64,000 nt of DNA from an uncultured Acidobacteriota bacterium (GTDB lineage: Bacteria > Acidobacteriota > UBA6911): contig CAWHCF010000020.1 in assembly GCA_963827655.1 (NCBI GenBank), forward strand, positions 96,001 to 160,000. The letters run 5' to 3'. A model generated the notes under the pieces. That model worked only from the letters and a program-made list of their open reading frames with translations, searched no databases and was not told the DNA's origin. Positions 46,268 to 56,469 of this stretch are shown here, piece after piece (positions within the stretch are counted from its first letter, which is position 1; every line of letters starts with the position of its first letter). Position numbers and translations under genes: made by a program.

Positions 46268-47065
46268 CTATGGCCGCGGTTCTTCGCCCAGCTCACGGAT
46301 CCAGATGTTCCGGAACCGAACGGGATTGGCGTGATCCTGGAGAGCCAATGGCAGCTTGTCCGGATGCGCCTTGTACGCGGGCCGATCTTTGTGTGCGGTC
46401 GGGCCCGTGAGCTCGACGTTCTCCTGGACCAGCACGCCGTTGTGCAGCAGCGTGACGCGGGCGGGCCGCAGCAGCTTGCCCGATGAGTCAAAGCGGGGTC
46501 CGCGGAAGATCGCGTCATAAGTCTGCCATTCACCGGGCTTGCGCGAAGCGTTAACCAAAGGCGGGAACTGGCCGTAGACTGCGCCCGCCTGCCCGTCCGG
46601 GTACGTCTTGTTGTCGTAAGAGTCGAGCACCTGGATCTCGTACGTTCCCATCAGGTAGACGCCGCTGTTTCCCCGTCCCTGACTCTCGCCCACGGCCGGC
46701 GTCGGCGTTCTCCACTCGATGTGCAGCTGGCAGTCGCCGAATGGCTGCCGGCTCCAGATCATACCGGTTCCTTTGACGGTTTCCATGTAGTTATTCTCGA
46801 CCTTCCATTTTGCGGCCTCGTTGTCTTTACCGCGCCACTGGGAAAGGTCCTTGCCGTCAAACAAGACGATTGCGTCCGATGGGGGCCGGCCGGGCTGCTC
46901 CTGCGTGCTTGCCGTGGCGGGTTCGATGACACGCGGCTGGGGCCGGTCCATATCATGGACCTTCCATTGAGTCTGGCCGAAAAGCAGGAAACATCCGAAC
47001 GCCGCGACACAGGGCGTGGCAACGGCTGTCATGAAACGGCTGAGTGCTCGAGAGGGCCTAGTCAT
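46268..47065 (-). CDS. DUF1080 (3-keto-disaccharide hydrolase) protein
   Basis: PPSDAIVLFDG, FGDCQLHIEW, GNSGVYL, LQDH.NPVRFRNIWI. Confidence 0.9.
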   Translation of the reverse strand: MTRPSRALSRFMTAVATPCVAAFGCFLLFGQTQWKVHDMDRPQPRVIEPATASTQEQPGRPPSDAIVLFDGKDLSQWRGKDNEAAKWKVENNYMETVKGTGMIWSRQPFGDCQLHIEWRTPTPAVGESQGRGNSGVYLMGTYEIQVLDSYDNKTYPDGQAGAVYGQFPPLVNASRKPGEWQTYDAIFRGPRFDSSGKLLRPARVTLLHNGVLVQENVELTGPTAHKDRPAYKAHPDKLPLALQDHANPVRFRNIWIRELGEEPRP

Positions 47066-47110
47066 GTTCTCTCCTTTTTTGACACCATCGATCTTAGAGA
47101 AATGAAGTAT

Positions 47111-48112
47111 TCAAGGACTTGCACGCCGAATACCGAAAGCTACCTGCAAAACAAACCCGTGGGTTCCTGATGCGAAAACGAGGTTCGCGGGATCTTCGTC
47201 TATATGGTTGAGCGAGGCTCTGTATCCGGCTGCGAACGAGAGGCCGCTCCTGGGGTACAGGCGCAGGCCGAGGATGAGATCCACCGGATTCTGTGGATTG
47301 AGGCCTACGTCGCGGTCGCCGGCGTAAACCTTCACGTCCAGCTCCACTATAAAATGGAAAATCCCCCGCACTGGAAACGCAGCGCCTGCGCGGTAAATAA
47401 ACTCATGGCCGATGTCGACGTGGAATTCCTCGGGCCGGTCTCTCGGGCTTCGCACCAGGTTCACCAGAAAATTCGCATGAAATTGAGCGCGTCTCTGCAC
47501 CCGCTTCGAGACCAGGGCGCCGAATCCCCCCTTGAGTAGGCTCGAGGATAGTCCTCGATTCTGCCCGGTCGCCGAATTATTGGTTTCCATGGTTCCCATA
47601 AACACTCCGGCGAGCCCGAATGGCCGTCCGGCTTCCTCCGACAGAAAAGCATACTTGGCACCGCCGAGGAGATTGCCGCGCCCGGTGGCTTCGGGTACAT
47701 CGATGAACAACGCTTCGCTGGTAAAGTGCACCACCCCCAGTCTTGTGGTTGCAGGCAGGGGAAGCTGACCGGGAAGCACCCGGTAGGTCTGGATGCCTGG
47801 CGCCTCGATATGTTTCTGAACATCCCAGCTCGCAAAAACCTCGAAGTTTCGGAAAATTCCGATGGCGGTCGACACGGGATAAGTGATAATGCTGAGCTCA
47901 CCAGGATCGCGGTGAAAATGGTTCGCCCCGATGCTGAAGTTCGCCTCGCCCGGATAGAGAGGCTCGGCGTCCCAGACCTTGAAGAGTCCGGTAGGACCGT
48001 CAAGGCTGCCCGATCGCTTGGTCTCGTCGGATTGCTGCGACAATGCAGGCTCGCAGCCGAGGATACTGAACAACATCACAAGGAAAGCTCCCAGCTGTTT
48101 CACGGTCGTCAT
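47111..48112 (-). CDS. putative outer-membrane beta-barrel protein
   Basis: Signal peptide; GPTGLFKVWDAE.L, RDPG.L.I; alternating amphipathic strands. Confidence 0.55.
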   Translation of the reverse strand: MTTVKQLGAFLVMLFSILGCEPALSQQSDETKRSGSLDGPTGLFKVWDAEPLYPGEANFSIGANHFHRDPGELSIITYPVSTAIGIFRNFEVFASWDVQKHIEAPGIQTYRVLPGQLPLPATTRLGVVHFTSEALFIDVPEATGRGNLLGGAKYAFLSEEAGRPFGLAGVFMGTMETNNSATGQNRGLSSSLLKGGFGALVSKRVQRRAQFHANFLVNLVRSPRDRPEEFHVDIGHEFIYRAGAAFPVRGIFHFIVELDVKVYAGDRDVGLNPQNPVDLILGLRLYPRSGLSFAAGYRASLNHIDEDPANLVFASGTHGFVLQVAFGIRRASP

Positions 48113-48394
48113 CGCGTATCTCGATTGTTGGTGGGTTTTGGATGTCAACGGACAAAATGCACCTTAAATTGAAAGCGGTTGCGAACCGCAAGATCCGCGA
48201 CCGGTTTTCAACCCAACATCGGGGGAAGCCTATCGCTTCATCGGGAAGAGAAAGACGGGCCGGATCTCCTCCCCGCACTCAACCAAGACTCGAAACGGCG
48301 CGAAGCCAACCCAATATTCGCCGACTTGACGAGAAAGTCAATATGATGGTGTAGCGCGTCTTAGCCGCAAACCACATTGCGCGCGAGGTGTTCA

Positions 48395-50005
48395 ATGCAA
48401 GAAAACGTCATCAGCGATCTTCACCGGAAAAAGGTTGTGAGCGGGGCCGGCAAGGTCCTTCTGTGGCTGGCCGGTTTTCCGCTGTTTGCCTTCGGGGCGC
48501 AGTCTCGAGGCGCGGAGACTTCGCCTCGTCCCAACATCGTGTTCATTCTTTCTGACGACCAGGCGCACAATACCCTGAGCCTCGCGGGCCATCCCTATAT
48601 CAAGACGCCGAATCTCGATCGTCTGGCTCGAGAGGGAGCATGGTTCCGGCAGGCGTCGGTTGCAACTCCCCTCTGTGCGCCCAGCCGCGCCGCATTTCTG
48701 ACCGGACTGTACGGACACACCTCCGGCTTTCGCACCAACGTTGGGCCATGGCCGGAGCGTTTCCCTCCCAGTTTCCTCAGCGTGGCCCGCGATGCCGGCT
48801 ATCGGACGGCCTTCGTCGGCAAGAAGCACATTTACAACACCGATGAGCCGCTGCCAGGGATTGACCGCTGGGTGAGCTTTGTGAATCAGGGATTGTTCGT
48901 CGACCCCGACGTGAATATCGACGGCGAGAAGCGGAAACTCAAGGGAGCCAATGGCGACCTGCTGACCGATTTCGCCGTCGAGTTCATCCGCCAGAATCGC
49001 GACCGGCCGTTCGCCATGATGGTGGCTTACAAGGAAGCGCACAGCCAGCAAACCGCGCCTCCTCGATTCGACTCTATGTTCGAGCAGGACAAGATCTCGC
49101 TTCCGCCGACGTTCAATGAAGACAAGGCGACCAAGCCGGCCTTCTTTCATGCGGTCACGAACGTCCCTGACAGCGGCTTCGCCCAGCCGAACCCGGCCGC
49201 TCCCCCGACCGGTTTAACCCGCGAGCAGCTTGCGGTGAAAAAGATCAAGAACTACTATCGCTGCATCGCCGCGCTCGACGATTACGTCGGACGCATTCGA
49301 AAAGCGCTGGAGGAAGCCGGCCAACTGGATCGAACGATTCTGGCGTATGCGGGGGATAATGGGTATTTCCTGGGCGATCACGGGCGCTTCGAAAAGATGA
49401 CGCCGCACGAAGAGTCCGTTCGGGTTCCATATTTGATGCGCTATCCTCCTGTGATTCGCGCCGGCACGGTGAGCGACGAACTGGTTCTCAATGTCGATCT
49501 GGCCCCTACCCTGTATGATCTTGCCGGACTCAAGGGCCCGGATCGAATGGACGGCCGCAGCCTGCGGCCGATATTCGCCGGCCGCGGCCGCGCTTCAGGA
49601 TGGCGGCAGGAGGTCTATCATACGTGGCAGGGTATCGAGGGCGTTATTCCCCGAGATACCCCGGGGTACGTCATGCCTCCCGGCGCGCCCGCTCCGGCCG
49701 CCGCCCAGCCCCGTCCCGGCGCCGGCCAGCCTCGTCCGGCGGCGCCTCTAGCCCCGGTTCCGACATGGCGCGCTCTCCGAAGCCGCACATATAAGTATGC
49801 GGTCTACGTGAACGGAGATCTTTCGGAGCTTTACGATCTGAAAGCCGACCCCACGGAGACGCGCAATTTGATTCACGACCCGTCGCAGAAATCTCGTATC
49901 CAGGAGTTGCATCGCCGTCTGCTCAAGGTGGCCGATGAGGTCGCGGATCCGTTGCGCAATTTGTTGCCCAAGGGTCCATCACTCACTCGCAGCGAGAGCA
50001 ATTAG
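48395..50005 (+). CDS. arylsulfatase/sulfatase
   Basis: RPNIVFILSDD, TPNLDRLA, CAPSRAAFLTG (FGly motif), GDNG, ELYDL..DP.E..NL. Confidence 0.92.
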   Translation: MQENVISDLHRKKVVSGAGKVLLWLAGFPLFAFGAQSRGAETSPRPNIVFILSDDQAHNTLSLAGHPYIKTPNLDRLAREGAWFRQASVATPLCAPSRAAFLTGLYGHTSGFRTNVGPWPERFPPSFLSVARDAGYRTAFVGKKHIYNTDEPLPGIDRWVSFVNQGLFVDPDVNIDGEKRKLKGANGDLLTDFAVEFIRQNRDRPFAMMVAYKEAHSQQTAPPRFDSMFEQDKISLPPTFNEDKATKPAFFHAVTNVPDSGFAQPNPAAPPTGLTREQLAVKKIKNYYRCIAALDDYVGRIRKALEEAGQLDRTILAYAGDNGYFLGDHGRFEKMTPHEESVRVPYLMRYPPVIRAGTVSDELVLNVDLAPTLYDLAGLKGPDRMDGRSLRPIFAGRGRASGWRQEVYHTWQGIEGVIPRDTPGYVMPPGAPAPAAAQPRPGAGQPRPAAPLAPVPTWRALRSRTYKYAVYVNGDLSELYDLKADPTETRNLIHDPSQKSRIQELHRRLLKVADEVADPLRNLLPKGPSLTRSESN

Positions 50006-51216
50006 TGCTGTTGGTGTTTCTTGGTGTCTTGGTGTCTTCGTGGTTAGCCTCCCTCAAGAAGGCCAGGGAGGTGGCCTCCTCTTTCTCCAGTCCATTCGAG
50101 GACGAATGATTTGACATGATTTCCAGTTTCTCCAGCAGCGAACCACTGGTATACGATTCGATAATTAGCGGATGCACATAACACTTTCGGCAAATCGCAG
50201 GGGTGTTGCCGAGCTGTTCTGCGACGATTTTGATCGCCTGAACGATGTGCTTCTTTGCCTGTCTCGCCGGGTTCGAACGTCCCGCTTCCTTGAGCGCCGA
50301 AACGGCCAGTACTGTCCCCGCCCAGGTCCGGAAATCTTTGGCGGTAAAGTCATGACCGCTTATGCCGCGAAGATACTCGTTCACATCTGAAGAGTCGATC
50401 TTCCGGCGTTCACCGTTTTCATCGATGTACTGAAACAGCTCGTACCCCGGTATGTCTTGACACCGCTTGACGATTCGGGCCAGGCGAGGGTCGCTGACTT
50501 CGACGGTATGTTCTTTTCCCCCTTTTCCACGAAATTGAAACTGAAGCCGCGAACCGGACACTTCAACGTGGCGGTCCCGAAGCGTGGTCAGGCCGAAAGA
50601 ATTGTTGGTCCGGGCATATTCCGGGTTGCCCACTCGAATGAACGTTACCGCCATCAGCTTGACGACGCTCGCGAGTACTCTTCTCGCGAGGAAGGCCGGG
50701 CAGTGAAAGATCGCGTTCGACACGCTTTCGAAGGCGCGGGAGGGCCTCTCCAAAGGCGACCATCCGTTCGAACTTCGTCTCGTCGCGCGTTTCGCGCCAG
50801 CGGCGATGATAGCGATACTGCTTGCGACCGCGCGCATCGCGACCTGTCGCTTGCAGGTGACCCTCAGGAATGGGACAGATCCAGACGTCAGTCCAGGCTG
50901 GCGGAATAGCAAGGGCTCGGATTCTTCGCAGTTCCGCTCGATCGCGGATCGGCTTTCCGTTGGTTCCCAGGTAGTAAAATCCCTTCCCGGCGCGTTTACG
51001 CCGGATCCCGGGGCTATTGTCGGTCGTGTATCGGAGCCGGGCGGCTTTGGCCGATTCGACCGGATCGACAGGCGGCGCAGTTTGGACTGCGCGAGTCCGG
51101 GTTTCCCTCGTCACACGAACATGGTGGAAGTAAACTGTGCGCCGACGTGTATTTCGAGACTTCGCGATCATGAATCTCCATGAAAGGCGGAACAACTCGA
51201 CGACCATTGATTCCAC
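49983..51216 (-). CDS. DNA topoisomerase IB (bacterial, poxvirus-like), frameshift ~50680; start uncertain
   Basis: IPPAWTDVWIC, GRKQYRYH, IRVGN..Y, FRGK.GK, KDFRTW, LGNTPAICRKCYVHP. Confidence 0.88.
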
Positions 51217-51362
51217 CCACAGGGTCTGCTCCTAGCAATTGGCATGCCAGAGGCTCTCGACAAAAACCGCCGCCAAGACAGCGAGGACTCAAAGAAACGT
51301 CAGGGCGCTGGTGTATAGTGAGGTTAGTCAACGTACCCGATTGTTTCAGGAGGATACCCGTC

Positions 51363-52319
51363 ATGAGCAAAACCATAACCCGCCGGGCGTTTCTGAAAAC
51401 CTCCTCTCTTGTAACCCTGGGGACACAGATCCCGGCGCTTCGGGCTTTGCCGCGAGAGGCGGAGTTCAGAATCGGAATAACAACCAACACCCGTGGTGGC
51501 TGGGAGAAGGACTTGATCAAGTCTTTCCGCGAAGCTTCCGAGGTAGGGTATCGAGCAGTTGAGACCTTCTACTCTTTCGTTCAACCCTATTGGGAAAAAC
51601 CGGACGAGATGAAAAAAATTCTCGCCGATCTCAATCTTCGGTTCGTTACCGTCTCCAATGGCGGTCCCATGGTGATGCAGTTTGAAGACCCGTCCAAGGA
51701 AAAGCAGATTATCGAGGAGCATGTCAAGTTAGTTCGCTGGATCAAGGGATTCGGCTGCACACATCTCAAGATCAATACCGGCAGGCGCCGTCCGGAAGGC
51801 ACGACGGAAGAAGACTTGAAACAGATGGCCAAGACCATGAACGAGCTGGGGAAGCGCATCAGTGACGAAGGTCTGAAATTCGGGGTTCATGCCCATCTCT
51901 GGACCCAGCTGCAGGATCGTGCCGAGATCGATCGCCTCATGGCGCTTACCGATCCAAAGCACGTCTATATGGTGCTCGACACCGGTCACATCACGATGGC
52001 TGGAATCGATCCCGTAGACCTGACGAAGTCTTACGTCCAACGCATCGTCGAATATCATATGAAAGACTGCAAACCTGAAGATCGGGGTGGCCACAAGGGC
52101 GGGACTCCCCAGCGCGAGGGTTATACCGATAAGGGGAAGCGTATTTTCTACGAGCTCGGCAAAGGCGGGGTCGATTTCCCGGCAATTCTGGCGATACTGA
52201 AGAAGAACCAGTGGAATGGCTGGCTGACTGTCGAGTTGGACTCCACCGATACGACGCCGAAAGAAAGCGCCGCTCAGAGCAAGCGCTACCTGGAAGAAGC
52301 GCTGAAGCTCAAGCTTTAA
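51363..52319 (+). CDS. sugar phosphate isomerase/epimerase (TIM barrel), Tat signal
   Basis: TRRAFLK; HAH, DTGH, H.KD, ELG.G.VDF, VELD. Confidence 0.85.
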   Translation: MSKTITRRAFLKTSSLVTLGTQIPALRALPREAEFRIGITTNTRGGWEKDLIKSFREASEVGYRAVETFYSFVQPYWEKPDEMKKILADLNLRFVTVSNGGPMVMQFEDPSKEKQIIEEHVKLVRWIKGFGCTHLKINTGRRRPEGTTEEDLKQMAKTMNELGKRISDEGLKFGVHAHLWTQLQDRAEIDRLMALTDPKHVYMVLDTGHITMAGIDPVDLTKSYVQRIVEYHMKDCKPEDRGGHKGGTPQREGYTDKGKRIFYELGKGGVDFPAILAILKKNQWNGWLTVELDSTDTTPKESAAQSKRYLEEALKLKL

Positions 52320-52552
52320 GGGCTCGCGCAGAAATAACTTCACATTCTGGCGCGAGAGTCGGTGTCAATCATGAACCGGTTACTGTTAGCTAAGCAAGCT
52401 GAGGATCGCGCGCCCTTCGGGCTGCGGCCCGCAGGCCCGCTGGCTTTGTTGCTCGCTCCTCACGTACCGCCGCGGGTACGCATCGTCGCTTGCGCCTCGC
52501 CAGCGGGCCTGGGGGCCTGCAGCAGAATGCGAACTTATTTCTGCGCGAACCC
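52320..52552. mobile_element. MITE with ~30-bp TIRs and TAA target duplication
   Basis: TAA|GGGCTCGCGCAGAAATAACTTCACATTCTG ... CAGAATGCGAACTTATTTCTGCGCGAACCC|TAA. Confidence 0.8.
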
Positions 52553-52610
52553 TAAGTGTTTCTTCCTGTCTTCGCGTCCTGGTGGTATTTGTTGCGCAGT
52601 TCCTGCAAAA

Positions 52611-53507
52611 ATGCCTGAGAAACTGACACGCCGGAAAGTGCTCGCTGCGATGGGTGGGGCGAGCGCGCTTGCGGCTCTTCAACCAGACTATCGAATCATC
52701 GATTCTCACGTCCATGTCTGGAAGAACGATCCCAGGTATCCGTGGGCCAAGGAGACCACAAGAATACCGGATAAAGATGCCACTCCGGAGATGCTCCTTG
52801 CCTTGATGAAAGCGAGCGGCGTGGCGAAGACCGTCATTATCCAGGTGATTCATTACCGCTGGGACAACAGCTACGTTGCCGATGTCCTTAAGCAATATCC
52901 AGCCCATTTCCAGGGCGTGGCCCGAGTGAACCCGGAAGATCCGGAAGCGCCGGACCATCTGTCACGACTGGTCGAGGTACAGGGCTTTCGCGGAGTACGC
53001 CTCAGTCCGGCAGCCGATAGCGCGGGAGATTGGATCCTGGGTCCAGCGATGCCGCCGCTCTGGAAACGGTGCCAGGCTCTGAAAGTTCCCATGACAATAC
53101 TGGCGCCGGTGGTCAGGATGCCCGACGTCGGGCGGCTTATCGAGAAATTCCCGGATCTGACTGTTGTGATCGATCACATGGCCGACTCCCCGCTGGACAA
53201 ACCACACGAGCTTGAAAAACTGATCGCGTTGAAGCGATACCCCAGAGTGTTCGTCAAGATCTCGCATACCTGGTCATTGTCCAAACAACCCTACCCCTAT
53301 TACGATTCGCAGGAGCAGGTCAAACGGCTCTACGGATCATTCGGGCCGAAACGATTGATGTGGGGAACGGATTGGCCGCTGGTGGAGAATCACTGTGGCT
53401 ACGCCAGGGCGCTGGCCGTTGTTCGTGACGAGATGAAATTCTTGAACGAAGACGACCGAAGCTGGATTCTCAGCAAGACGGTTGAACAGGTGTGGCCTTT
53501 CTCATAG
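52611..53507 (+). CDS. amidohydrolase family protein (Amidohydro_2), Tat-like signal
   Basis: TRRKVL; IDSHVHVW; VIDHM; VKIS; WGTDWP. Confidence 0.87.
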   Translation: MPEKLTRRKVLAAMGGASALAALQPDYRIIDSHVHVWKNDPRYPWAKETTRIPDKDATPEMLLALMKASGVAKTVIIQVIHYRWDNSYVADVLKQYPAHFQGVARVNPEDPEAPDHLSRLVEVQGFRGVRLSPAADSAGDWILGPAMPPLWKRCQALKVPMTILAPVVRMPDVGRLIEKFPDLTVVIDHMADSPLDKPHELEKLIALKRYPRVFVKISHTWSLSKQPYPYYDSQEQVKRLYGSFGPKRLMWGTDWPLVENHCGYARALAVVRDEMKFLNEDDRSWILSKTVEQVWPFS

Positions 53508-53588
53508 TAAATTACCGTGAGTTGGAAGGGCACTGATAATAATCGGTCCGGTTGAAGGACCGGAGCGCTTGAACACGGGAGTAATACA

Positions 53589-54970
53589 ATGACCGAATTG
53601 AATGTAGCGGAATTGTTGCAACAAGATCGACAGCACCTGCTTCACCCACTCCATCATCCTGACGACCACGCCAAGCCCTTGGTCCTGGTCAAAGGCGAAG
53701 GCGCTGTGATTTGGGATGCACAGGGGGGAGAATACCTGGATGGATTGGCCGGCCTCTGGAACACCAACGTGGGGCATGGGCGCAGAGAACTGGCGGAAGC
53801 CGCCGCCGACCAGATGAGCAGGCTCGCCTTTTCATCGGGTTACACTCGGCTCTGCCAATATTCCCGCCATTCAGTTGAGCGCGCGGCTCAGCCAGCTGTC
53901 ATACCCGAGTCTGAATTCAGTCTTCTTCACCAGCGGCGGGGCCGAATCGAACGAGAGCGCATTCAAGACGGCGCGCTTCTACTGGAAGGCCAAAGGCAAA
54001 CCGGAAAAGGTCAAGATAATTTCTCGCTGGCATGCCTACCATGGCGTCACCATGGCGGCGATGAGCGCGACCGGGATTCAGCCCTTCTGGAAAATGTTTG
54101 AGCCGCGCGTGCCGGGCTTCGTGCACGTCCAATCTCCGTATCCCTACAGGTTCGAGGGCGCAAAACCAGGCGAAACCATCGGCGCCGCCGCGGCGCGAGC
54201 GTTGGAGGAAGCCATCATCGAGCAGAATCCGGACACGGTAGCCGCCTTCATAGCCGAACCCGTACAGGGGGCCGGAGGCGTCATCGTTCCACCCGACGAT
54301 TATTTTCCTCGCGTGCGAGAGATCTGTTCCAGATACAAGATCCTCTTTATCGCCGACGAGGTGATCACCGGATTCGGCCGCACGGGGCAATGGTTTGCCA
54401 TGGGCCGATGGGACGTCGAACCCGATATCATGTCTTTCGCCAAGGGGGTGACGAGTGGATATCATGCCGCTCGGCGGGATCATGGTATCGGATGAGATTG
54501 CGGGAACGATCAGGAGTGTCGCTCCGGAAAATCGCTGGATGCATGCGTTCACTTATTCCGGGCATCCGGCGTGCTGTGCGGTAGCGCTCAAGAATCTCGA
54601 GATCATCGAACGCGAGGGACTGGTGGAGCGAGCCGCGAAAATGGGCCGCCGCCTGCTCGACGAGCTCGGCAAACTGAAGAATCTGGATATCGTCGGTGAT
54701 GTCCGTGGACTGGGATTGATGGCCGGCGTCGAACTGGTTGCCGATCGCGCGACCAAAGCTCCCTTCGACCCCAAGCTGAGGGTGGGGGAATCGGTGCGAC
54801 GGGTCATGCAGGAACAGGGCGTATTCACGCGGGTACGGAACGACGTGATTCTGCTGGCCCCGCCCCTGGTGATTCGAGAGGACCAGATAGATCGAATGGC
54901 CGGCGTCGTCCGGTCTTCTATTCAGACCGTGCAGGAACGGGTGGGACAGACGGCTGGTCAACGAGGCTGA
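53589..54970 (+). CDS. class III aminotransferase, frameshifts ~53850 and ~54460
   Basis: YLDG.AGLW..NVGHG, SGGAESNE, YHG.T, FIAEPVQG, ADEVITGFGRTG, FAKG (PLP Lys). Confidence 0.9.
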
Positions 54971-55026
54971 TCGTTCACAAAACTCACCACTAAAGCAAGA
55001 AATTACGACCTTGTAATACGAAGGGC

Positions 55027-56010
55027 CTACGGGGCCGGCGCCAGCAGTTCCTTCAGCGCGACCTGCGCGCCGTTGCGTGACTTGCTCAAATCGGCAGCTT
55101 CCATGAAGGCCATCATCTCCAGGGTCTCCTCCGGCGCCACCGGCGGAGCGCCGGTTTCGAAGAACTTCACGATCGACGTCATGAGCGCGCCGTAGTCGGA
55201 TCCCTGGGGCGGGCCGGCGCTGCCTATCGACTTGCTGCCGAAGGCGACCGCGCCGTAACTGGTCGCGCCGTCCCGGATGCCGCGCACGACACCGGTACGA
55301 CCATCTTTCCAGCGTCCCACCACAACATCCGCGCCCTTGGTGTGAACCCGGCTCACGCTCTCGCAGCCCGGGCCCATCAATGTGTACAGGATCTCGACGG
55401 CATGGATGCCATACCAGTAGAGGTCGGGATGGTGCGGTTCGGTCGGCGCAGGACCGTAGGTGAATGCCCCCAGGATCTCTCCGAGACCGGTGTTCTTCTT
55501 GAGCCCTTGAGCGATGGACGAGAATCGCAGCCCGGAGGTGCTGAAAAACGGAGTTCCCGATTCGCGCGCCAGCCGGACGATTTCAAGGGCGTCTTTGGTG
55601 TTTCCGGCGAAGGGCTTGTCGATGAAGACGCGCTTCTTGGCGGCGAAAACCGGCCGCACCTGCTTCAGATGCGTGCGGCCGTCGACGCTGGTGATAATCA
55701 CGGCGTCGACTTTGCGGGTCAATTCCTCGATCGAGTCTACGATCTCTATCTTCCACTTGTCTCGAATCTCCGCGGTAAATTTTTCGATCCGGGTTGCGCT
55801 CGATTCGACGTCGGGGCTTCCTCCTTTGAACGCTGCAACGATTCGCGCGCCCCGAACGTGGTCGGGGCGGGAAGGATCGTTGAGCAGTTGCGCAAATTGG
55901 ATCACGTGTGACGTATCCAGACCAATGAGTCCGACCTTGATCTCGGTCTGCGCCGCCGCCGGTTGAACCAGCAGAACGCCAAAGCAGAACAACGCAAGCA
56001 GGTTTTTCAT
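55027..56010 (-). CDS. Gfo/Idh/MocA family oxidoreductase, secreted
   Basis: Signal peptide; [26 protein letters not shown]. Confidence 0.87.
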   Translation of the reverse strand: MKNLLALFCFGVLLVQPAAAQTEIKVGLIGLDTSHVIQFAQLLNDPSRPDHVRGARIVAAFKGGSPDVESSATRIEKFTAEIRDKWKIEIVDSIEELTRKVDAVIITSVDGRTHLKQVRPVFAAKKRVFIDKPFAGNTKDALEIVRLARESGTPFFSTSGLRFSSIAQGLKKNTGLGEILGAFTYGPAPTEPHHPDLYWYGIHAVEILYTLMGPGCESVSRVHTKGADVVVGRWKDGRTGVVRGIRDGATSYGAVAFGSKSIGSAGPPQGSDYGALMTSIVKFFETGAPPVAPEETLEMMAFMEAADLSKSRNGAQVALKELLAPAP

Positions 56011-56057
56011 GGTTGAGCCTCGCATCTTTGTGTCTTCGCGTCTTGGCGGTGGTTTTT

Positions 56058-56270
56058 CTAAGCCTCGGAGCGCGATAGAATCGCCACGCCGGCGCCGAAG
56101 CAGATGACACCGACCGAGAGCAGAATCGCGCAGGGGATAAACATCTCACCCAGGGTGAACCCGCGCCAGATCGCGCCCTCGAGAGCGAGGATACCCCATT
56201 TGACAGGACTCAGGTGACTGATTCTTTGCATCCACCCCGGCATCATCATGAGCGGCACCATTCCCCCGCC
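56058..56270 (-). pseudogene. orphan 3' fragment of an ABC-2 type permease
   Basis: GGMVPL..MP.WMQ.ISH.SPVKWGILALEGAIWRG; no 5' portion before the divergent gene. Confidence 0.6.
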
Positions 56271-56469
56271 GACTCGCTCAAGAGCATTCGTGCTTCCTCC
56301 GCCGCATGGCCGAGGAGATTACAGAAAGGTGATGGCGCGGATGTTAATAGATTTCGGTCAGTGGCAGATTCAGACCGCGAACAAAGGCTAACCACAAAGA
56401 CACGAAGACGCCAAGTAAACCTCGGACGGGTTCTGGACGTCTAACGACTCGTGACTGCAAGGAGGATCC

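Noticed and set aside
52362-52610. N-terminal extension of the amidohydrolase ORF
   Set aside because: It lies within the MITE; the Tat-like start at 52611 fits better.
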